Shown here piece by piece: positions 19,487-28,807 of a DNA stretch of 43,538 nucleotides. Each line of letters begins with the position of its first letter. The first letter of the stretch is position 1. Where the stretch lies: contig JAIPIQ010000003.1 of NCBI GenBank assembly GCA_021734645.1, forward strand, positions 1-43,538, read 5' to 3'. Source of the DNA: Fidelibacterota bacterium. GTDB taxonomy: Bacteria; Verrucomicrobiota; Kiritimatiellia; JAIPIQ01. Both the position numbers and the translations under genes were made by a program. The notes beneath the pieces were generated by a model. The model was not told where the DNA came from. It ran no database searches and was given only the letters and a program-made list of their open reading frames with translations.

Positions 19487-20494
19487 ATGAGCCGGATACG
19501 CAAACCGATGACCTGGCTGCTGATTAGCCTGGTGAGCGCCCTGATGCCAAGCGGTTGGGCCGCCGAAAATCCCGCCGCCGAAACGGCGATGGTGGCGTCC
19601 AATCCAGAACCCAACCCGCCGGCATCAACGAACCCGCCGGACGCCGAGCCGCCCGCGACGCCCGAGGACCCGGCCGCAGACGAAACAACCGCCCCAGCGG
19701 AAACCCAATGGCCCACCCCGCCCCGGTCGCTCGAAATCCCCGACGAGGCGCCCGAGCCACCGGCCACCCCCCTCGAAAACTTCTACCGCGCTTACATCCG
19801 CGGGCGCCTGGCCGCCGGAGCGCGCGTCAGCACCTTCAAGCTCGATGACAACGAACGGCCCGACCGAGAGAATTCCTTCCTCGGCAGCATCACGCTGCTC
19901 GATCCGATTGATGACAAGGAGATCCACCCGGTCATCACCTACGAAGTGTGTCGCTGGCTGGCGCTCGGGGTGAGCTGGGACCAGGTCGGCGCGGCCACGG
20001 TCACGCACCGGATCGCGGGCGGACTGCCCGGCGACATGCACAGCGATGGCGACATCTACCTCAAGGGGCCGGTCTTTGACGCCTATCTGCGAATTCCGCT
20101 GACGGACTGGCTGGTGCCATATGCCGGCATCGGCATCGCCCGCTACGAAGCCTCCTTCGATCCCGAGGGCTGGTGGCACTGGGGCTTTGATGACCAGTAT
20201 GACGCGCGCTATGATCAATGGGTCGCGCGGGGCTCGAATCCCGCCGACCTTCCCAGTAGCAAGCGGCGCAATATGTATGTCAACTCGAGCGACGAAACCG
20301 CCTATACGGCCGGACTCGAGATCCGCCCGGCAGAGCATATCGTCGTGGATTTCTTCTATCGTCAGATGGACATCTCCGTGGATGTGCTTTACCAGTTGAC
20401 TTATCGGGAGGGAACCCGCCTGGGCGTCGAGGAACGCGCGGAATTTCCGTTCAAGCATTATGCCTATGGGGCCAGCCTCAAGGTCATGTTCTGA
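19487..20494 (+). CDS. outer-membrane beta-barrel protein with Pro-rich N-terminal linker
   Basis: GGGAG RBS, signal peptide, 'PYAGIGIA', C-terminal 'YGASLKVMF' beta-signal. Confidence 0.7.
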   Translation: MSRIRKPMTWLLISLVSALMPSGWAAENPAAETAMVASNPEPNPPASTNPPDAEPPATPEDPAADETTAPAETQWPTPPRSLEIPDEAPEPPATPLENFYRAYIRGRLAAGARVSTFKLDDNERPDRENSFLGSITLLDPIDDKEIHPVITYEVCRWLALGVSWDQVGAATVTHRIAGGLPGDMHSDGDIYLKGPVFDAYLRIPLTDWLVPYAGIGIARYEASFDPEGWWHWGFDDQYDARYDQWVARGSNPADLPSSKRRNMYVNSSDETAYTAGLEIRPAEHIVVDFFYRQMDISVDVLYQLTYREGTRLGVEERAEFPFKHYAYGASLKVMF

Positions 20495-21259
20495 ATGGCG
20501 GCGCCCGCGCAATGCCCCACGCCACCCGCGGCGCGCCTCTATCCGGAAACGGCCGATATCGAAACGTCATCGGCGCAATACGCCCGGCGTTTCAGCGGCC
20601 CGGCCGGCGCCTGGCTGCTCGCCGTCCAGGAACGCCTGGCCCTCGCGCTGATCCTGCGGGATCAACCGGACACGATTCTCGATGTGGGTGGCGGACACGG
20701 CCAGTTGGCCCGGCCCCTGGCGGCCGCGGGCCGGACCGTGACCGTGCTGGGCAGCGAGCCCGGCTGCAGCGCCTTGATCGAGGACGACCTCATGGCCGGG
20801 CGCCTCGCCTTCGAGACCGGCAACGTGATCGCCCTGCCCTTTGCCGATCAAGCGTTCGATACGGCCATCTCTTTTCGCCTGCTGACCCATTGCGCGCGCT
20901 GGCCCGAGCTGATCGCTGAGCTGACGCGGGTCGCCCGGCGGGCCGTGGTGCTCGACTACCCGGCCCGGCGCAGCGTCAATTGCCTGGCCGGGTTGCTCTT
21001 TGCCGCCAAGAAGAAGTATGAGGGCGACACCCGCACTTTCCGCCCTTTCAGCCACGGGGAAGTCGCGGACGCCATGCGCCAGGCCGGCTTTGTTCCAGCC
21101 GGCCGCCGCGCTCAGTTCTTCTGGCCCATGGTGCTGCATCGCGCCCTCAAGCGCCCGCGTCTGTCCCGCGCGCTCGAAGCCCCGCCCCGCCTGCTGGGCT
21201 TGACGCGCCTCTTCGGCTCCCCCATCATTGCCCGTTTCGAACGCCAGGAGCCCGCGTGA
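20495..21259 (+). CDS. class I SAM-dependent methyltransferase
   Basis: 'ILDVGGGHG', 'LPFADQAFD', 'ELTRVARR'. Confidence 0.88.
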   Translation: MAAPAQCPTPPAARLYPETADIETSSAQYARRFSGPAGAWLLAVQERLALALILRDQPDTILDVGGGHGQLARPLAAAGRTVTVLGSEPGCSALIEDDLMAGRLAFETGNVIALPFADQAFDTAISFRLLTHCARWPELIAELTRVARRAVVLDYPARRSVNCLAGLLFAAKKKYEGDTRTFRPFSHGEVADAMRQAGFVPAGRRAQFFWPMVLHRALKRPRLSRALEAPPRLLGLTRLFGSPIIARFERQEPA

Positions 21260-22323
21260 ATTCCACGGAAAAACCACTCGCGCCGCCCGCCGGCGCGCTG
21301 GTCCTGGTGACCGGCGCCACCGGCTTCACCGGCCAGGTCCTGACCCGGCAATTGGCGGCCGTCGGCTGCCGCGTGCGCGCCCTGGCCCGCCCCGGCGCCA
21401 ACCGCGCGCCCCTGGCCGACCTCGACCTCGAATGGGTGACCGGCCAGGTTTATGATCCGGCGGCCATTGCCGCGGCGGTCAACGGCTGCGCATATATTTT
21501 CCATGTGGCAGCGGCCTACCGCGAAGCCAAGCTGGACCTCGAGGCCTACCGCCGGGTGCATGTGACCAGTACCCGCCTGCTGGCCGAAGCCGCCCACGCC
21601 CAGCCCGGCTTCCGGCGCTTCGTGCATGTCTCGACCATTGGCGTCCACGGCGACATCACCCAGCCGCCCGCAACCGAAACCGCGCCCTTTGCGCCCGGCG
21701 ACGACTACCAGCTCACCAAAGCCGAGGGCGAGCAATGGATTCAGGGCTTCGCCGCCCGCACGGGACTGCCAGTCACCGTCATCCGGCCCGCCGGCATCTA
21801 TGGTCCCAGCGACCGCCGCCTGCTCAAGCTGTTCAAAATGGCCACTTGGCCGGTCTTTCCCTTGCTCGGCTTCCAACCCACGCTTTACCATCTGATCCAC
21901 GTGGACGACCTCGCCGCCGCCCTCTGCCAGGCCGCCGTCCATCCCGCCGCCCCGGGCGAAGTCTTCATCATCGGCAACCGCGAGCCCATCTCGATCGAGG
22001 CCATCGGCCGCCTCGTGGCCGACGAGCTGGGGCGGCCCTTCCGGCCGGTACACCTCCCGGCCGCGCCCTTTTTCCTGGCCGCCCGCCTGTGCGAAATCGC
22101 CTGCCGTCCCTTGCACATCGAGCCGCCCCTTTATCGCCGCCGGGTGGCGTTCTTCACCAAGCAGCGCTACTTCGATACGACCAAGATGCGGACCGTGCTC
22201 GAATTCACGCCGCAGATGGACAATGCTGAGGGCCTGCGGGCCACCGCCCGCGCCTACCTGGCCCAGGGCTGGCTGCCAATCCGGCGCGCGCCCGCCCTCA
22301 CTCCCAAGGAAAATCAAGCATGA
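21256..22323 (+). CDS. NAD-dependent epimerase/dehydratase (extended SDR)
   Basis: 'VTGATGFTG', 'FHVAA', 'HVSTIGVHG', YxxxK (YQLTK), 'RPAGIYGP'. Confidence 0.92.
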   Translation: MNSTEKPLAPPAGALVLVTGATGFTGQVLTRQLAAVGCRVRALARPGANRAPLADLDLEWVTGQVYDPAAIAAAVNGCAYIFHVAAAYREAKLDLEAYRRVHVTSTRLLAEAAHAQPGFRRFVHVSTIGVHGDITQPPATETAPFAPGDDYQLTKAEGEQWIQGFAARTGLPVTVIRPAGIYGPSDRRLLKLFKMATWPVFPLLGFQPTLYHLIHVDDLAAALCQAAVHPAAPGEVFIIGNREPISIEAIGRLVADELGRPFRPVHLPAAPFFLAARLCEIACRPLHIEPPLYRRRVAFFTKQRYFDTTKMRTVLEFTPQMDNAEGLRATARAYLAQGWLPIRRAPALTPKENQA

Positions 22324-23075
22324 CGCCATCCGTGGAAATCCAAAAAGAAATGGCGGGGGGCCAGCGCTCGAAGTGGGCGGCCTATCGCGACCTGGTCATT
22401 GGCCGCCCCGGCCTATGGCCCCTGCTACGCTTCGAACTCACCCAGTTGTTGCTGGCCAATCTGCCCGGCGCCCTCGGGCTTCTCCTGCGTGGCAAATGCT
22501 ATCCCATGCTGTTCAAGTCCTGTGGCCGGGGCGTGGTGTTCGGCGCGCGCCTGACCCTGCGCCACCCCCACAAGATTGAACTCGGCGCCGGCACGGTCCT
22601 GGATGACAACGTGGTCCTGGATGCCAAGGGGACGGACAACGAGGGCATTCGCATCGGCCAGGGCGCGTTCATCGGCCGGGACACGATCTTGAGCTGCAAG
22701 AATGGCGACATCATTCTGGGGGACCGGGTCAATCTCGGCTTTCGCTGCGAGATCTTTTCCGGCAGCCGGGTCGAGTTGGCCGACTCGGTTCTGGTGGCGG
22801 CCTATACCTATTTGGTGGGGGGCGGGCATCCGGCGGACCGGCTGGATGTGCCGGTGTTGGAGCAGGGGCATTTTTCGCGCGGCATCCACGTGGAGACGGG
22901 GGTCTGGCTGGGCGCGGGCGTCATTGTGCTCGACGGCCTCCGGATTGGCGCACACGCCATCATTGGCGCCGGGGCGGTGGTTTCGCGCGACGTGCCCGCC
23001 TATCACATTGCCGCAGGGGTGCCCGCGCGGCTGGTGCGCGACCGCCGGGCGGACCAAGACCCGGGGACGCCATGA
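22320..23075 (+). CDS. hexapeptide-repeat (LbH) acetyl/acyltransferase
   Basis: Hexapeptide repeats; 'WLGAGVIVLDG..IG..AIIGAGAVV..DVP...AAGVPAR'. Confidence 0.9.
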   Translation: MTPSVEIQKEMAGGQRSKWAAYRDLVIGRPGLWPLLRFELTQLLLANLPGALGLLLRGKCYPMLFKSCGRGVVFGARLTLRHPHKIELGAGTVLDDNVVLDAKGTDNEGIRIGQGAFIGRDTILSCKNGDIILGDRVNLGFRCEIFSGSRVELADSVLVAAYTYLVGGGHPADRLDVPVLEQGHFSRGIHVETGVWLGAGVIVLDGLRIGAHAIIGAGAVVSRDVPAYHIAAGVPARLVRDRRADQDPGTP

Positions 23076-24217
23076 GCGACCCGGTCACCATCCTGCATGT
23101 CTGCGAGCACTTTGGCGGGCGCGAAGCCAGCCTGCATGGCGTCGCCCGCAGCTTCCAATGGCAGTTGCCGCTCTTTGATCCGGCGCGCTACCGCGTCCTG
23201 CTTTGCTCCCGCAAAGGACCCGACAAAGCCGCGCAGGAAATGATCGCCGGGGGCCTCACGCCCTACTATCTCGGCTACGGCAAATTCGATCCGCGCAATC
23301 TGCTGGCCCTGCTGCGCCTCATTCGCCGGGAAAACGCGCGCCTGCTGCATGCCCACGGCTATGGCGCCTGCCTCTGGGCGCGCCTGGCCGGTCGTTGGCT
23401 CGGACTGCCCGTGATCGTCCATGGCCGCTGCAACTACGGCACGGTGCCGCTCTTCCAGCGCCCGGTCGAATGGCTGCTGGGCCCCCGCACGAAATACGCC
23501 CTCGCGGTCTCCGAATCCACCCGCCAGTTCCTGATCCACAAAAGGCATATCCCCGCCGCCGCCGTCCAAACCCTCTACAACGGCATCCTGCTCGATAAAA
23601 TCCCCCGCCTCGATGCCGCCCAACGCGCCGCCCTGCGCGCGCGCTTCGACGTGCCGCCCGAAACCTGGCTGCTGGGCATCGTCGGACGCCTCGAAAGCCA
23701 CAAGGGCCACCTCGATGTCTTCGCCGCCCTCGAAATAGCCGCCAACCACCCCGCCCTCCGCAACCGCCCCTGGCTGCTCTGGGTCGTGGGCGACGGCGCC
23801 TATACCCCCGTCCTCACCGAATGGGCCCGCACCCACCCCCAAGGCCAATTCATCCGCTTCCTCGGCTTCCAACGCGACGTCCTGCGCTTGATCCAAGCCC
23901 TTGATGTCCAGCTCTTCCCCAGCCACTTCGAAGGCACCCCCAATACGCTCTTCGAAGCCCTGGCCGTCGGCAATCCCGTCATCGCCTCCGATAGCGACGG
24001 CCAGGCCGAACTGCTGACCCACGGACAAAACGCCCTCATCTATCCCTGCGGCAACGTCCCGGCCCTCGCCAACTGCCTCACCCGCGCCGCCGCCCATCCC
24101 GAACAAATGACCGCCCTCGCCCGCCAGGCCCTCGAACGCTCCCGCGACTTCGACGGCCACCGCACCATCGCCACCCTCACCGACCTCTACGACCATATCC
24201 TCAACCGCCACCCCTAA
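23072..24217 (+). CDS. glycosyltransferase family 4
   Basis: 'LAVSES', 'YNGI', 'VGRL..HKG', 'FPSHFEGTPNTLFEALAVG.PVIASD'. Confidence 0.92.
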   Translation: MSDPVTILHVCEHFGGREASLHGVARSFQWQLPLFDPARYRVLLCSRKGPDKAAQEMIAGGLTPYYLGYGKFDPRNLLALLRLIRRENARLLHAHGYGACLWARLAGRWLGLPVIVHGRCNYGTVPLFQRPVEWLLGPRTKYALAVSESTRQFLIHKRHIPAAAVQTLYNGILLDKIPRLDAAQRAALRARFDVPPETWLLGIVGRLESHKGHLDVFAALEIAANHPALRNRPWLLWVVGDGAYTPVLTEWARTHPQGQFIRFLGFQRDVLRLIQALDVQLFPSHFEGTPNTLFEALAVGNPVIASDSDGQAELLTHGQNALIYPCGNVPALANCLTRAAAHPEQMTALARQALERSRDFDGHRTIATLTDLYDHILNRHP

Positions 24218-24229
24218 TCGGACACACTT

Positions 24230-25402
24230 ATGGACTACAAAATGGATTATAAAGATGTTGCCGTGCAGAATTTGATGGATCTGTTGGCGGCGGAGGGGCC
24301 GAGCGGCGGCGAAGGGCCGGTGGCCGAGGTGGTCAAAAAGCAGCTGCGGGCGGCCGGCGCCCAGGCATCGTGGTTCTCTTTCAGAGGAAAGCGCCGCCTG
24401 CCGAAGCACTTTACCATCGGCAATCTGATCGTCAAAATCCCCGGCACGGTGAACGCCCCTCGCCTCATGTTCTCGGCACATCTCGATACGGTGCCGATTT
24501 GTCAGGGTGCTGTACCGATCATCAAAGGAGACCGGATCGTTCCCAAAGGCAAGACGGGGCTCGGCGGCGACAATCGCGCGTCGGTTGCGGCGATCGTGAC
24601 GATGGCGCAGACGGTCCTGAAAAACGATCTGCCCCGCCCGCCAATTACCCTGCTTTTTCCCGTTGGCGAAGAGAATGGCCTGCACGGAGCCAAGGCGTTT
24701 GATCCGTCCCATGGCGGAAATCCGGCCATGTGCTTCAACCTCGATGGCAGCGGCGCGCGCGGCGGCGTAATCGGCGCACTGGGCGCGATCCGCTGGCGGG
24801 CGGAAATTCGCGGCAAGAGCACGCATGCAGCGGTCAATCCGGAGGGGGGCATCTCCGCGGCGATTATTGCAGCCCATGCGATTGCCGCGGCCAAGGCCCA
24901 GGGATATTGCGGACGGATCGAAAACGGAGCGCTCACCGGCACGGCCAATGTCGGGTCCATCCATGGCGGTGAAGTGGACAACCAAGTGATGGATCGCCTC
25001 GCTGTGACCGGCGAGTGCCGCAGCCACAGCGCCGCCTCGCTGGATAAGATTTCCAAGGTATGGAAAACCGCATTTGAGCAAGCCGCCCGTGAACTGAAAA
25101 ACGATGCGGGCGAATCCGGCTCGGTGGCGTTTGAAGCATTCAGCGATTACCGGGCCTTTAAACTGAAAATGAGCGAGCCCGTTGTCAAACGCTTCCTGAA
25201 GGCCGCGCCGCAAGCGGGCCGCAAAGCCTGCACACAGGTCATCAACGCCGGGTTGGATGCGAATATTCTCAATGAGAAAGGCATTCCAACACTCACGTTC
25301 GATGCGGGCAATCACCATGCGCATGATTTGAACGAGTACGTGGACATTGCGCGCTATCTGGAAGCCTGTCAGCTGGCCATTGTTTTAGCAACTGCGGTAT
25401 AA
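24230..25402 (+). CDS. M20/M25/M40 metallopeptidase (peptidase T-like)
   Basis: 'SAHLDTV', 'LGGDNR', 'GEE.GL.GA', 'G...HAAV.PE.G', 'H...EY'. Start may instead be 24242. Confidence 0.9.
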   Translation: MDYKMDYKDVAVQNLMDLLAAEGPSGGEGPVAEVVKKQLRAAGAQASWFSFRGKRRLPKHFTIGNLIVKIPGTVNAPRLMFSAHLDTVPICQGAVPIIKGDRIVPKGKTGLGGDNRASVAAIVTMAQTVLKNDLPRPPITLLFPVGEENGLHGAKAFDPSHGGNPAMCFNLDGSGARGGVIGALGAIRWRAEIRGKSTHAAVNPEGGISAAIIAAHAIAAAKAQGYCGRIENGALTGTANVGSIHGGEVDNQVMDRLAVTGECRSHSAASLDKISKVWKTAFEQAARELKNDAGESGSVAFEAFSDYRAFKLKMSEPVVKRFLKAAPQAGRKACTQVINAGLDANILNEKGIPTLTFDAGNHHAHDLNEYVDIARYLEACQLAIVLATAV

Positions 25403-25798
25403 TCGGGTCCGCAATGGTGGTTTTCCACATCATAAACGGAGAGGCAGCGCGTCGGCCAATAGGGACAAAGAAAATGGTGGCGGTGCGCATGATCGTACCT
25501 TCTTTACTCAATATCTAGTTCATATCGCCTCGCTGTTCTTCGTTCTCAAATTAAGCCCGAGGCGAAGCTAACGTTCGTTTCGGCCTACTTTACCGTCAGC
25601 GCCTACGATGCGCTCAAGTCCGAACTCGAATCCGCCGAAAGCCTCCGCTTTCTCTTCGGGGAACCGTCCTTCATTTCGGAAATCGATACCGACAAGCACG
25701 CCAAGAAGAACTTCTGCCTTACTGAGGGCGGGCTTGAACTCGCTCATTCACTGGCTCAGCGTCCCGCCGCCAAGGCGTGTGCGGCATGGATCAATCGG

Positions 25799-28700
25799 AT
25801 GGTCGAGATTCGCTCGATCCGGCAATCCGGATTTCTCCATGGCAAGGCATACCACATTCAGAACGGCAATGCCTCCAAAGCCATCCTTGGCAGCTCGAAT
25901 TTCACCGTGCCGGGCTTGGGCCTCCGCCATTCCGGCAACAATATCGAACTCAACCTCGTCATCGATTCCGACCGGGATCGCAATGATCTCCTCGACTGGT
26001 TCGAGGAAGTCTGGCGTGACGACGCGCTCACCAAAGACGTGAAAGCTGAGGTGCTGCGCTACTTGGAGCGCCTCTACGCCAATCATTCCCCGGAATTCAT
26101 CTACTACCTCACCCTCTTTCACATCTTCCGAGAGGAACTCGAAGGCGCCGGCGATCTAGACGACACGCTCAAGCGTACAACGCTCCTTGAGTCCAAGGTT
26201 TGGAACATGCTTTTCTCGTTCCAGAAGGACGGCGTTAAAGGCGCGATCAATAAAATCCTTTCCTATAATGGCTGCATCCTGGCCGACAGCGTTGGACTGG
26301 GGAAGACCTTCGAGGCGCTCGCGGTCATCAAGTTTTTTAATCTCCGAGGCGAGAGAGTCCTTGTGCTGTGCCCGAAGAAGCTGCGAGAGAACTGGACCGC
26401 CTACCGTCCACAGAATTCATTGTGCCAACTACCGGAGGACAAACTTGACTATGATGTTTTGTCCCATACGGATCTTTCCCGCACTCAAGGAGAGTCGGAT
26501 GGGCACAATCTGAGCACATTCAACTGGGGCAACTACGGTCTCATCGTCATCGACGAATCCCATAACTTCCGAAACAACGCCGGCGGCAAGGAAAAGGACG
26601 ACGGTTCCCGGCGGCGGAGCCGCTACGAGCGCTTGATGGCGGATGTCATCCAGGCGGGCATGAAAACCAAAGTGCTCCTGCTCTCCGCCACCCCGGTGAA
26701 TAACCAGATCGCCGACATCCGCAACCAGATATCCCTCATCGCAGGCGGGGATGTTGCCCGCTCCGAGAACCCCGCGCACGATGGCGCGTTCCAAGAGAAC
26801 CTCGGCGTGCCCAGCGTGAAGGAAACCGCCCGCCAGGCGCAGAGCAAATTCACCACCTGGACGAGGAGGCCGCCCGCGGAGCGCCAGACCCGCGATCTCA
26901 TCAATCAGCTCGGGAGCGACTTCTTCAAGCTGCTCGATGGCCTCTCCATCGCGCGTTCCCGGGCCCAGATCAAACGCTACTACGCTAAAGAACTCGCCAC
27001 CCTGGGAGGCTTTCCGGACAGATCCAAACCCCATGCCGAATACCCCGAGATTGACGCCGAGGGGAAATTTCTCACCTTCCAGCAACTCGATGCCAAGATC
27101 AGCAGTCTTACCCTGAGCCTCTACCACCCCAGTTCCTACCTCCGCAAGGATTTGCCGCAGCCGGTTCTCGATGAATACGCCCAACGGATTGGCAACTTCA
27201 CGCAGGAGGGTCGGGAGCGGATCCTCATTTCCATGATGAAGGTGAACTTCCTCAAGCGTCTCGAAAGCTCCATTGATTCCTTCCGCCTCACCCTCAGCCG
27301 CACCATCCAGAAGATCGACGACCTCAAGGCCAAAATCGAAAGCTTCCAGAACACCAAGAATCAAAATCCGACCTTCGACTTCGCCAATCTCAGCGACGAG
27401 GACTTCGATGATCTCGATGTCGATCCGGAAGACCTCAAGATCGGCGGCAAGCACAAGATCAGCCTGGAAGACCTCAATCTCCCCGACTGGAAACTGGCCG
27501 TCAGCCAGGATCGCGATCAGTTGCAATACCTGCTGGATCACGCCGCGCCCATTCATCCGGCGCGGGACGCCAAGCTTCTCCGCCTCCGCGCCCTGGTCGA
27601 GCACAAGCTCGATCACCCCTCGACGAATCGGGAGGGCGAGCCTATCCGCAAGATCATCGTCTTCACCGCCTTCGCGGACACAGCTCAGTATCTTTGGAAG
27701 CACCTCGCCGAGCCGGTGCATGCGGCACGCGGCACCCACGCCGCCCTGATTTCAGGCGGCGGGGCCAACCGCACCACGCTGGGTAAAACCGACTTCGAAC
27801 ACATCCTCACCAACTTCTCCCCCCGAGCCAAAGGGCGCGATCGCCGGCCGGAACTCCCGCAGGACGAGGAAATTGATCTCCTGATCGCCACGGACTGCAT
27901 CTCGGAGGGCCAGAACCTTCAGGATTGCGACTACCTGATCAACTACGACATCCACTGGAATCCCGTCCGCATCATCCAGCGCTTCGGCCGCATCGACCGG
28001 ATCGGGTCCCGCAATGCGCGCGTTTCCCGGGTCAACTTCTGGCCCACCAAAGACCTCGACGCCTACCTCAACGTCAAACAACGCGTCGAAGCCCGCATGG
28101 CCTTGGTCGACCTCACCGCCTCGGGCGAGGACAACCTCCTCAACGTCGAGCAGTTCGAAGACCTGATCGCCTCTGATCTCCACTACCGGAATCTGCAGCT
28201 CAAACGCCTGCAGCACGAGATCCTCGACCTCGAGGACCTCAACGAGGACTCCATCTCCCTCGCGGACTTCTCCCTCGCCGACTTCCGGCTCGATCTCCTC
28301 CGCTTCCTCGAAGCCAACCGCGAGGAATTGGAATCTTCTCCGCTCGGGCTGTACGCCGTGATCCCTCCCGATCCCCAGCTCCCCGCCACCCAGCCGGGCA
28401 TCCTCTTCTGTTTCCGTCAACGCGATGACCGCCGCCCCACCGAGGTGAACCCCCTCGCGCCACACTACCTCGTGTACGTGCTCGACGACGGCAATGTGCG
28501 CCTCACCTTCGCCCAGCCCAAGCAGTCCCTGGAACTCTTCCGGACGCTCGCCGCGGGCCAGTCGTCACCGCTCAACCCCCTCTGCGACCTCTTCGACGAC
28601 CGCACCAGGAACGGCGCCGACATGGCGCACGAGAACAATCTCCTGGAACGCGCCGTCGAATCCATCAAAGCCACCTTCGGCAAACGCGCCGCCGCCGCCT

Positions 28701-28807
28701 TGTTCTCCGGCCGTGATGGCAAGCTGCCGTCCGCCCAGGATACCCCGGCCTCCAGCGCCGATCTCGAACTCGTCACCTGGCTCGTCATCATGGGGGGCAA
28801 GGAATGA
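25799..28807 (+). CDS. PLD-nuclease-fused SNF2-type helicase (coding signal extends upstream to about 25540 without a canonical start)
   Basis: PLD 'LHGKAY...GSSNFT'; 'LADSVGLGKT', 'IDESHNFRN', 'LSATPVNN', 'TDCISEGQNLQ', 'WNPVRIIQRFGRIDRIG'. Confidence 0.9.
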   Translation: MVEIRSIRQSGFLHGKAYHIQNGNASKAILGSSNFTVPGLGLRHSGNNIELNLVIDSDRDRNDLLDWFEEVWRDDALTKDVKAEVLRYLERLYANHSPEFIYYLTLFHIFREELEGAGDLDDTLKRTTLLESKVWNMLFSFQKDGVKGAINKILSYNGCILADSVGLGKTFEALAVIKFFNLRGERVLVLCPKKLRENWTAYRPQNSLCQLPEDKLDYDVLSHTDLSRTQGESDGHNLSTFNWGNYGLIVIDESHNFRNNAGGKEKDDGSRRRSRYERLMADVIQAGMKTKVLLLSATPVNNQIADIRNQISLIAGGDVARSENPAHDGAFQENLGVPSVKETARQAQSKFTTWTRRPPAERQTRDLINQLGSDFFKLLDGLSIARSRAQIKRYYAKELATLGGFPDRSKPHAEYPEIDAEGKFLTFQQLDAKISSLTLSLYHPSSYLRKDLPQPVLDEYAQRIGNFTQEGRERILISMMKVNFLKRLESSIDSFRLTLSRTIQKIDDLKAKIESFQNTKNQNPTFDFANLSDEDFDDLDVDPEDLKIGGKHKISLEDLNLPDWKLAVSQDRDQLQYLLDHAAPIHPARDAKLLRLRALVEHKLDHPSTNREGEPIRKIIVFTAFADTAQYLWKHLAEPVHAARGTHAALISGGGANRTTLGKTDFEHILTNFSPRAKGRDRRPELPQDEEIDLLIATDCISEGQNLQDCDYLINYDIHWNPVRIIQRFGRIDRIGSRNARVSRVNFWPTKDLDAYLNVKQRVEARMALVDLTASGEDNLLNVEQFEDLIASDLHYRNLQLKRLQHEILDLEDLNEDSISLADFSLADFRLDLLRFLEANREELESSPLGLYAVIPPDPQLPATQPGILFCFRQRDDRRPTEVNPLAPHYLVYVLDDGNVRLTFAQPKQSLELFRTLAAGQSSPLNPLCDLFDDRTRNGADMAHENNLLERAVESIKATFGKRAAAALFSGRDGKLPSAQDTPASSADLELVTWLVIMGGKE

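Noticed and set aside
24230-24256. FLAG-tag-like MDYK(M)DYKD
   Set aside because: It lacks DDDK and there is no vector context; treated as coincidence.
25293-25511. Minus-strand 72-aa ORF at the island's left junction
   Set aside because: Overlaps the peptidase 3' end and has no recognisable motif; at most a remnant.
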